Shown piece after piece: positions 10,319 through 19,000 of a stretch of 63,965 bases of DNA (position 1 is its first letter; each line of letters opens with the position of its first letter). The notes beneath the pieces were generated by a model, which was given only the letters and a program-made list of their open reading frames with translations, was not told where the DNA came from and did not search any database. Location of the stretch: the IMG/VR virus record IMGVR_UViG_3300037714_000156, positions 1-63,965 of that record, one strand, 5' to 3'. Position numbers and translations under genes: made by a program. This DNA comes from a virus. Taxonomy: Duplodnaviria; Caudoviricetes.

Positions 10319-10577
10319 TATTCAGGCACAATGGGTAGTAAACCCTGCCAACGTCTATACTATTGATAGTCAGGGTGATACTGTTTTCGCAGTAGAAGCA
10401 TCCCTGATGGGCGATCAGATCATTGCCCGATTCCCTAAAGAATTCAGGAACGAAAGGTCTTACATTGTTTATGTGATAAATGTAAGAGATACGGCAGGCA
10501 ACCAAATAGGGGGAAATAATTTTGCGACAGTAACTAAGCCATACATCATTAAACTTGATAGCCTGAGAATGAAATGA
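10272..10577 (+). CDS. Signal-peptide Ig-like protein
   Basis: ...LILLCNIQA|Q; YIVYVINVRDTAGN is Ig-like. Confidence 0.55.
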   Translation: MFLIKCSCFSLILLCNIQAQWVVNPANVYTIDSQGDTVFAVEASLMGDQIIARFPKEFRNERSYIVYVINVRDTAGNQIGGNNFATVTKPYIIKLDSLRMK

Positions 10578-10840
10578 TCTTCAAGCATTACGCAAGCATG
10601 AATATTAGAGGCGAACTTCTAATGACCAGGGGAGATTTTAACAGGTTAGTTAAAGATGGATTTACATCAGAGATAAAGGTGGAACTAATAAAAGTAAAAA
10701 TACGATACGAGAAGTTAAGAGATTCAGGATTGAGAGCGAGTGAGGCAATGGACCTGGTGCAGTCAGAATTCCCGCACATACAATATGAGACGGTCAGAAG
10801 AAAGATTTATCAAAAAAACAAAAAAGAAATTAAATTATAA
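10574..10840 (+). CDS. Small DNA-binding-like (HTH) protein
   Basis: Basic helical C-terminus EAMDLVQSEFPHIQYETVRRKIY. Confidence 0.45.
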   Translation: MIFKHYASMNIRGELLMTRGDFNRLVKDGFTSEIKVELIKVKIRYEKLRDSGLRASEAMDLVQSEFPHIQYETVRRKIYQKNKKEIKL

Positions 10841-10892
10841 AGATTCAGGATAATTCACTTAACTTTATTCATCAATTATATAGAGGTATAAA

Positions 10893-11264
10893 ATGTTCTT
10901 AAAAAGATTCTTTCTGATGTCGCTGATATTCGTAGCGGTTATAATCTCAACGACCTTTGCTCAGGGCGACCCTACACCAGATCCTCAAGTAAATGAGATA
11001 TTAGGTTATCTCGCACCATTGATTGTCATGGGGATAACGGCACTAATGAGGAAGTGGGCTCCTGATTTAAGCGGATGGGTAATCGTAATGATTATCGTCC
11101 CAGGTATTTCGGCGGTACTTGCTTATTTAGCAACGATACTCGTACCAGGATTAGGTTGGGGATTAACCTTTTTGCTTGGATTGCTCTCTATTGTATTTAA
11201 TGAATTCAGGAAGCAGTTGGGGCAAGGAAACGATAACAGTCCGAACTATCCGCCAAAGAAATAG
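10893..11264 (+). CDS. Holin-like membrane protein with an N-terminal signal-like segment
   Basis: Signal ending TTFA|Q plus about 3 TM segments, directly upstream of the amidase. Confidence 0.6.
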   Translation: MFLKRFFLMSLIFVAVIISTTFAQGDPTPDPQVNEILGYLAPLIVMGITALMRKWAPDLSGWVIVMIIVPGISAVLAYLATILVPGLGWGLTFLLGLLSIVFNEFRKQLGQGNDNSPNYPPKK

Positions 11265-11269
11265 GTTCA

Positions 11270-11878
11270 ATGGCGAAGCAATTAAAATATTTGATATGGC
11301 ATTGTACCGCTACGCCATCGGGCAGATGGGTTACGCCTGAAGACATAATCCATTGGCACAAAGATAAACCGCCACAGGGTCGGGGTTGGGACCGCGTAGG
11401 GTACTCAAAACTGATTTTACTTGATGGCACTATTCATTCCTTCATCCAGGAAGATGAAGACGATCTTGTTGATGGTTGGGAATTAACTTATGGAGCAGCA
11501 GGGTACAATGCCGTATCAAGACATTATTGTTATGTAGGCGGATTGAATAAAGACACATTTCAGCCGGAAGATACCAGGACACCGGAACAAAAAGCAGTAA
11601 TGAAAGAACTCACAAAAATATTTCTTGCCAAATACGATCATCTTAACGTGGAGGTCAAAGGACACTATCATTTTGCGAATAAGGCGTGCCCTTGTTTTGA
11701 TGTTGATCTCTGGATGAAAGAGGAAGTCTTGAAGTTCAGCGAACCGATAATCCTCGATGAGACAGAGGAAGCAATAATCACAACTCCAGAAAAAATAAAA
11801 AGTGAAAACAAAATATTAACATTCTTCAAATGGTTAATTAATCTTTTCACAGGAAAGGGTAAAGCAAATGAAGTATAA
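11270..11878 (+). CDS. Endolysin, N-acetylmuramoyl-L-alanine amidase (T7 lysozyme/Amidase_2 type)
   Basis: IWHCTAT, GWDRVGY, CYVGG, DTRTPEQK, GHYHFANKACPCFDV. Confidence 0.92.
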   Translation: MAKQLKYLIWHCTATPSGRWVTPEDIIHWHKDKPPQGRGWDRVGYSKLILLDGTIHSFIQEDEDDLVDGWELTYGAAGYNAVSRHYCYVGGLNKDTFQPEDTRTPEQKAVMKELTKIFLAKYDHLNVEVKGHYHFANKACPCFDVDLWMKEEVLKFSEPIILDETEEAIITTPEKIKSENKILTFFKWLINLFTGKGKANEV

Positions 11879-11893
11879 AGTCATAATCTTATA

Positions 11894-12442
11894 ATGGATA
11901 ATGTAAAACAAATAGCGATAGGATTCGGAGTAGGCATACTGCTGATTCTCGGATTGTATTTATTCATTTATCTTCCCGACACTAAAGATGCTTACAATCG
12001 TGGCAAAGCAGAATGTGAAAGAGATATTGACACAGTAAGAATTCCAGGTAAACCAGAAATAGTTTACCGGGACACAACTATTATAAATATGATATCTCCG
12101 GTCGAGGTAACAGAAACAGATTCGGGAAATATAAATCTATACAGTTCAATAGATACAAGTATTGTTTCCGGGAAAGACACGATCAGCATTCAGGTGACAA
12201 ACTCACAGGAATTAAATTTGAGTGAACTTATAGAAAGCGAACAAGGAAAAATCAAAGGAATATTAGCAAAGTGGTTTATGAAAGTGGAGCATAAGGATTA
12301 TGTGTCGCCAACGGACACAATTAAAATATTCACACCGAAGTATGTCACGGAAGTAAAAGTAGAAACTAATTGGCTAATAACAACGATAGCGTATGTTGCG
12401 GGATTAGTTTCGGCAATAATAATATTTTTCTCAACGAAATAA
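11894..12442 (+). CDS. Spanin-like lysis protein with N- and C-terminal hydrophobic segments
   Basis: Follows the endolysin; TM at both ends; DTV/DTT/DTI beta motifs. Confidence 0.5.
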   Translation: MDNVKQIAIGFGVGILLILGLYLFIYLPDTKDAYNRGKAECERDIDTVRIPGKPEIVYRDTTIINMISPVEVTETDSGNINLYSSIDTSIVSGKDTISIQVTNSQELNLSELIESEQGKIKGILAKWFMKVEHKDYVSPTDTIKIFTPKYVTEVKVETNWLITTIAYVAGLVSAIIIFFSTK

Positions 12443-12445
12443 ATA

Positions 12446-13156
12446 ATGAACCGTCATAATAAATTCCCGGATATAAGAGGACTTGATAATGAACTTGACC
12501 TGCTGATAAAGCAGACTATTGAGCGGACCGGGAAGAAGGTCAAAGATTTTCCTCCATTAAATCAAACTCCGGAATTTGCAAGGTTCATAAAGAAAATATC
12601 AGAGGGGAATTATAAGGAATACATTAAGATTGACGGAGGGTTCAGATTGCTTTGCGGATGCGATACTGAAACCGCTTTCATAGAGTTTAGGGTTGATTCG
12701 GGATTCTTGCAATGGCGGAGTACACCAGACGGCGAGTGGATTAATTTGTTAGACTTGAGTGTATTTATAGGTACAGGTGAGGTTACAGATCCCGACGCAA
12801 TACACGTTAATATATCAAATGAAATAAATGGGGTAGCGTCAAAAACTGCTATAAATGGTAATGATGTTTTCTTAATAGAAGATGGTGAAGATTCATACGC
12901 AAAAAAGAAAAAGAAGGTTATTGATTTTGTTCCAGGTAGTCCTGAAAGTTGGGGTGTATATGGAGCAAAGACTGATCCCTTTAATGATTTAGATAATTTT
13001 CTAATACAGGATAGTGACGACTTTTTAACAACTAAAATAGTTGATTGGGAGAAAATACGTGAGGGGATAATAGATGCAATAACATTTAATATAGATGGCG
13101 GTTCGTCAAGCAGTATATATTTATTTTCACAAATTATAGACGGAGAGGGTGCGTAA
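12446..13156 (+). CDS. Tail fibre-like protein
   Basis: IEFRVDSGFLQWR...WINLLDL, duplicated DxFLIxD..D module, IDGG/IDGEGA end. Confidence 0.6.
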   Translation: MNRHNKFPDIRGLDNELDLLIKQTIERTGKKVKDFPPLNQTPEFARFIKKISEGNYKEYIKIDGGFRLLCGCDTETAFIEFRVDSGFLQWRSTPDGEWINLLDLSVFIGTGEVTDPDAIHVNISNEINGVASKTAINGNDVFLIEDGEDSYAKKKKKVIDFVPGSPESWGVYGAKTDPFNDLDNFLIQDSDDFLTTKIVDWEKIREGIIDAITFNIDGGSSSSIYLFSQIIDGEGA

Positions 13157-13651
13157 ATGAGTGCACAAATACAAATTCGCAGAGACACGGCAGCTAATTG
13201 GACTTCCACTAATCCAACTTTGGCTCAGGGAGAGATGGGCTTAGAGACTGACACTAATAAATTAAAATTTGGCGATGGTTCAACAGCCTGGAATTCATTA
13301 GATTATTTCGCCTTTCCAATCCCTCAGATAACAGTATTAGAATCAACTGATTTGCCTTATACTATAATCGAGCCAGCAGGTACAACTAAGATGGTAGTAC
13401 AGGTAAAGGGGAATATGTTGAATGATGTTTCACTGATAGATGATATTTTTACTTTAACTATGGATGGGGATCCTTATGATACGGTTGCTTGGCAGATGAG
13501 AAATTATACTGGCGACACAACAGACCAGATACCATTTTTCTTACAGATGGTATTTGATGGTAGCGGAAATGATGGGTTGGTATTAGATGTAGTTTCTACA
13601 AACGGGAATAGTTTTGAAAACATTAAATGGGTAATAACTTTTTATCATTAA
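13157..13651 (+). CDS. Tail fibre protein with Mtd-N/hyaluronidase-N-like domain
   Basis: QIQIRRDTAANWTSTNPTLAQGEMGLETDTNKLKFGDGSTAWNSLDY. Confidence 0.85.
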   Translation: MSAQIQIRRDTAANWTSTNPTLAQGEMGLETDTNKLKFGDGSTAWNSLDYFAFPIPQITVLESTDLPYTIIEPAGTTKMVVQVKGNMLNDVSLIDDIFTLTMDGDPYDTVAWQMRNYTGDTTDQIPFFLQMVFDGSGNDGLVLDVVSTNGNSFENIKWVITFYH

Positions 13652-13665
13652 ACTAAAAAAGAGAT

Positions 13666-14034
13666 ATGATAATCAGGGAAGCAAAGCCGGAAGACACGGA
13701 AGAATTAAAATCACTTGCGGAGAAATATAAAATAGATGTTCCGGGTGATGGTAAGATTGTATTAGCGGAAAGTAGTTCGGGAAAGATTGAAGCATTCGTA
13801 AATATCAGACCTGTATTTATGATCGAGCCGTTTGTTTGTGAAAATCCCCTGATAGGTGCGAAGTTATGGGATTACATTGCAAGGAAATCAACAATCGGTG
13901 GGATAAAAATATTAAGATGCTACGCACAGGAAAAGCATTTGAAGTTGTTCAAAAAACTTGGATTTTACAGGGTATTCAAAAAATACATTCCGATGGAAAT
14001 AAACTTTTTTAACAATACGCAAGGTGGAGGTTAA
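13666..14034 (+). CDS. GNAT-fold protein at the T7 gp13-like position before the ejection genes
   Basis: MIIREAKPEDTEEL start and LFKKLGF end typical of GNATs. Confidence 0.7.
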   Translation: MIIREAKPEDTEELKSLAEKYKIDVPGDGKIVLAESSSGKIEAFVNIRPVFMIEPFVCENPLIGAKLWDYIARKSTIGGIKILRCYAQEKHLKLFKKLGFYRVFKKYIPMEINFFNNTQGGG

Positions 14035-14035
14035 G

Positions 14036-14797
14036 ATGCCAGGTCAATCTAAACAAGAAAAGCAGGGCGAAAAACTTTACGGCGATATAAGTAAATACAA
14101 TCCTAATGTGCAGAATCGTTTTAATAATTATGAAAACCCTTTTGAGTTCGGAGATGTATCATCCGAATTAGATAGTGTGTTTGGCGGGTATGAAGATATC
14201 ATCAATCGTGATACAGCAGAGACGATTGCAAACACACAGCAACAGGCAGCATCCTCATTGGCTTCAAGGGGGATAACCGGCGGATCTGCTTTGACAGACA
14301 CTAAAACCGGGATAGCTTCAAATATCAACAAGGGAAAAGCAAACGCACTCTCACAGCTTGGTATAGGAAAATCCTCAGCCCTATCAGACCTAATGCAATA
14401 TTTTAATCAGTTGAAATTCGGAACGACAAAGGCAGCATCAGACGTTGATTTCGGCAATGTTAGAAACAAGTTCGGGAAATTCAGTTCACAGGGAGGAGCT
14501 CTTAGTTTCTTAGACGATGATACGTGGCTCGATGATCTGTTCGCAGGATTTAATGCAGCCGGAAATGTGGGTGGAGGTGTCGCTTCAATTGTTACTGCCT
14601 CAGACATCCGCTTAAAAGAGAACCTCAAGAAAGTTAATCAGATAAACGGAATTAATATTTATGAATTCAATTATATAGGAAACCCAAAGAGATTCAGAGG
14701 TGTTATAGCCCAAGAAGTACCCGAAGCCTCGGTAAACATTGGCGGGGTTTTATTTGTTGATTATCCCAAATTAGGAATTCCATTTGAGGAGGTATAA
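14036..14797 (+). CDS. Ejection/pilot protein with C-terminal peptidase S74 (intramolecular chaperone) domain
   Basis: LASRGITGGS helical Gly/Ala/Gln-rich region; SDIRLKENL...IYEFNY...GVIAQEV...VDY; GGAGG RBS before ATG 14036. Confidence 0.75.
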   Translation: MPGQSKQEKQGEKLYGDISKYNPNVQNRFNNYENPFEFGDVSSELDSVFGGYEDIINRDTAETIANTQQQAASSLASRGITGGSALTDTKTGIASNINKGKANALSQLGIGKSSALSDLMQYFNQLKFGTTKAASDVDFGNVRNKFGKFSSQGGALSFLDDDTWLDDLFAGFNAAGNVGGGVASIVTASDIRLKENLKKVNQINGINIYEFNYIGNPKRFRGVIAQEVPEASVNIGGVLFVDYPKLGIPFEEV

Positions 14798-14800
14798 GCC

Positions 14801-16003
14801 ATGTCAATCGCCAAATCATTAAGGAAAGCAAATTACCTAAGCGGTCTCTCCGGGGGTTTAACTGAAATAGGTATGATCCTTGAGGAAGAAAGAAAGAAAA
14901 AAGAACAAGCGAAGTTCTTTAACACCGTAACAACTCTTTATAAAAAATGGAAAGAAGGTCAGGAAAAAGCATCCAGACCATTCAAACTTAAAGAAGGAGG
15001 AGAAGTAAATAATATCTTCTCTCCAAATATTGTAAGACCAGGGGATAGGATGGGACGGTTTACAGGAGGAATCGGCGGAGAATTAAACGTGCCCGATCTG
15101 CCACCTGAAGTACCGGAAACACAAACACAGCCAATTCCGCAAAGCGAAAAATATTCAAAAGCGTCAGAAAATCTTGATGAGTTTATGCAGGCGATTGCTC
15201 CATCAGTATTAAACCCCAACATAGGCGAAGGGGAATTATCCCGTGTGAATGTATTGAGTGAACTTGCGAAACAGCAAACGGAAAGATTGAGACCTAAAGA
15301 CCCGACATATTTTAATCTGAGTCAGGGAGAAGAAAGATATCAGCAAGATGAGAAGGGTATAAAAAAGGTTGCCTTCAATCCTAAATTAAGCACTTCAAAT
15401 ATCGAAGAATATGAAAGAGATGAAAAGGGAAATTATAAAGTTTATACTATTGAAGGGCAGAAATATTACAATAAATTAAAGAAAGATGCTCAAGGCAATC
15501 AGGTCGGGGAAGAACTTACCAGAATACCGAAATCAGGAGAGGGCGGGACAACTATAAATCTGCCGGAGAATCCGCCGGATATTTCACAACAGGAAAAAGA
15601 TTTAACAAAATCGTGGGATAATTATGAATACTACAATAAGATAACAAAAGAGTTATCAACTGAGTTAGCGAAGATACAGGAAGAATACAAAACGGCAGCA
15701 GATGAAGTCCAGGCAAAAATAAAAATCAGGGCTAACGAAATCAGAGAACAGATAAAAACTGCGGACGAACAAAAAAGTATTTGGTACACAGATGTCAAAG
15801 GTACAACGAATCAACTCGCTAATAAATTAAACAGCAAAATGCCAGGCTTTGAAAAAATCTATAATCTATTATTCCAATCACCGGAAGTAAAAAGCAGAAA
15901 CGCAAAGAAGATTGATGATATGGTTGACAGGGAAATGGAAGGGGCAAGTGACGATGCTAAAAGATGGATGAAAAGAATTCTCAAGGTGAGGGCATTTGAA
16001 TAA
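14801..16003 (+). CDS. Internal virion/ejection protein
   Basis: 400-aa charged helical protein between the pilot and giant proteins; GAGGAGG RBS. Confidence 0.55.
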   Translation: MSIAKSLRKANYLSGLSGGLTEIGMILEEERKKKEQAKFFNTVTTLYKKWKEGQEKASRPFKLKEGGEVNNIFSPNIVRPGDRMGRFTGGIGGELNVPDLPPEVPETQTQPIPQSEKYSKASENLDEFMQAIAPSVLNPNIGEGELSRVNVLSELAKQQTERLRPKDPTYFNLSQGEERYQQDEKGIKKVAFNPKLSTSNIEEYERDEKGNYKVYTIEGQKYYNKLKKDAQGNQVGEELTRIPKSGEGGTTINLPENPPDISQQEKDLTKSWDNYEYYNKITKELSTELAKIQEEYKTAADEVQAKIKIRANEIREQIKTADEQKSIWYTDVKGTTNQLANKLNSKMPGFEKIYNLLFQSPEVKSRNAKKIDDMVDREMEGASDDAKRWMKRILKVRAFE

Positions 16004-19000
16004 TGGCAAAACAACCCTTTGATGATTTAACAAAGATTGCCGATAGGATAGAGCAGAAATATAACCTTGAATGGAAAGACAAGGAAGCTGACACCGACGT
16101 TCAGGATGATCTTACCGGAATAGCGAAACGAATAGAGAACAAATACAATGCCTCAAAACAGAAAACAGATCCGTTTACCGGGATAACCCGGCCAGAACTC
16201 ACTCCCGATTATGGTACATCACAAGATTTATTCAAGTTAGGACAGCCACCGGGAGATAAGCCAATCCAATTAAAAGATACGACAGCAATATCCGAAAGCA
16301 TCAAGCCACCAAAGACAGAGGGGAAAGATGTATTCACAGAGGAAGAATTTGACAATCAAACAAGAAAGATGGAAGGTACGCTCAGGCTGATAAAATCCCT
16401 GGAAGATTATCAAAAGGGAGAGAGTGTATTCGGAGTACCTTTACCAATTCAAACCGTTGCTGAACGACAGAAGAAAATAAAAGACAATCCGTACTTAATG
16501 ACGAGAGAAGAAGCGGAACAATTTTATTCTCAGAATCGGCACTTGCTTAGGGATCTAACTAACACGTCAAGATTAATGTTGAAAAATATTCCGGCAATAG
16601 GGACTATTGTTAATACTCTTTTATATCATGTCAACCCCGAAGGATATCAATATGCAATAGCAGATGAACTCAGACAAAACAAATCCGGGATAGATCAATA
16701 TGCTGATTACGCAGCAGAATTTTCAGGAAGTCTCGCAGGATTGTTTTCAATAGGCGGAGGAATTCATCAGGGAGTCAATACAATAAAAGCAATAGAAACA
16801 TTTGCTAAAACAAACAAAACGATAGCAGATGCAATAGCAGCATTTATCGCAGGAACGACATACGGAGGATTATCAGAAGCAGAAAATCTAAGATTAGGTT
16901 TAATAACACCAGAAGGAGCAATAGCAAACAGTCTCGCATCAGGAGTGGTATGGACTGCATTTACAAAGGTTGGCACAAAAGATTGGTTAAATCTCGGAAA
17001 GAAGATCACACCAACGGTATTGCCCGAAGGTCAAACCCTGAAGGGATTTGTACCGAAATATAAAGCAGTATTGAACGGGCAAAATGTTCAGGTTGGTTAT
17101 GTAAAAGACAAAGGATTTTTAACCACACGAATTGCGAATTGGTTTATTGATACCGGGTTAGTAACAGCCACGGGGACAGTATCGCATAAAGTTGCCAAAG
17201 CAGTAGATGATTCCGAAAAGAATGACACGCCATTAGTTGAGGAATTACAAAAACAATTTACCGAATTAGATTTAACACAGACCGGAATTGAATTTGCGTT
17301 AAATGCGATCTTCACCGGGACAATACCACGCAAATACGGGAAGATGCCACCACCGCCGATAAAAGGTGCGAAGGTTGAACCGAGATTACTTAAACCAGGA
17401 GAAGAAAACATTGATGCAACGGTAAGAGAATCAATGCAACCGAAACCAACCGGACCGCAGGATGTTCAGAGACCAACCGAAGTACAGCCCGTACCTCCTC
17501 CTCCGGTAAAGCCAACAGTAACACCACAGGAAGAAATAGAATTAACTCCCGAACCGGCTATAACTGAAGAACCCGTACAGCAAAGGACAATAGAAGACGA
17601 TGCTCAGGCGTTAAATATTCTTGCACAAAAAATGAGTAGGGGTGAAACCGATTTCACTCCCGAAGAATTACAGCTCCAACAAAGCTATCCTAATTACATC
17701 GAGGGACAGTTAAAGCAGATAAAAGAATCTCCCGAATACCAGGAACAACAAAGAGTCAAAAGACAGCAAGTAAAAGAAACAACTAAATCAGATAACGATA
17801 CCTATGCAGAAATAACCAGACGATTTAAGAACGCTCAGAGGAAGGGACAGCTTGCCGGGATTGAATCAATCAGGGAGGGCGTAACAACAATAACAACGCC
17901 TGAAGTCAGAACTAAAGCGGACGAATTACTGAAACAAGTTGAACAGCATAACAACAAGCTCAGGGAGAAAAATGAATTCACGCTTGAGAATTTAAGCAAG
18001 AAAATATATGGTAAAACAGATCTGAATACTCTTACCGTAGAACAGCAGCAAGGATTACTCGCTGAATACAACGAAATGAAGAAACAGGGAATCACAGAAT
18101 TCAGACCATTAAAAGGACCGGATGAAACACCATTAATAAAAGGAGATAAAGATGCCGTACAAAAGCGAAGCCCAGAGAAAATACTTCAACGCCAACCGGA
18201 AGAAATTGGAGAAGCAGGGAGTGAACGTGGAGGAATTCAACCAATCGTCAAAGGGCAAAAAATTACCGAAGCGGAAGAAGAAGGATTCCTTAAAAAAGAA
18301 AGTGATGAAGAAACTCGGATATTAAAACCCGAAGATGATCTGGAAGTAGAACCCGAACCGTCTGAAGCTCAGAAGGAAGCTGGAAACTATAAAAAAGGTC
18401 ACGTAGAAAGAGACGGACTCGACATCTCACTTGAGAACCTAAAAGGTTCTACCAGATCCGGCACAAATAAATCCGGGAAGAAGTGGGAAATAGAATTGCA
18501 GAATGATTACGGGTATATCAAAGGAACGACAGGAAAAGACAAAGATCATCTTGATGTTTTCCTGGCAGAAGATTATCAGGAAGACTCACCCGTATTTATA
18601 ATTAATCAGACAACCCCGGATGGGAAATTTGATGAACATAAAGTAATGCTCGGATTTGAAACTATGCTGCAAGCAGAGCAAGCGTATAACTCTAATTATG
18701 AAGAAGGAAAAGCATTTCATTCAGATGTTATTGAAATGCCGATGGAAACATTCAAGGTCTGGAGTAAAGAACCTCTCCTAACTAATAAACCTGCGGTAGA
18801 TAAAACTTCCATTGACAACAACAAAGTAGCTATTCAAAGGATGCTCAAACAGGGAAAGAGCATCAAGCAGATCGCCAAAGCACTTAATTTCTCTACTGAT
18901 GAAGTTATTAAGCAAGGAGGTTTGAAAGACCTGGCAGAATATTACGAGGGTGATGAGGCAGCGAGTATTTTGGAAGATGTTAAAGCAGGTAACGTAGTAA

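Noticed and set aside
12610-13209. 199-aa minus-strand ORF and other antisense ORFs (e.g. 30587-31111, 32053-32592)
   Set aside because: Ser/Phe/Ile-rich mirrors of well-supported + strand genes with no recognisable motifs
13157-13651. Diversity-generating retroelement suggested by the Mtd-N domain
   Set aside because: No reverse transcriptase and no template/variable repeat pair seen
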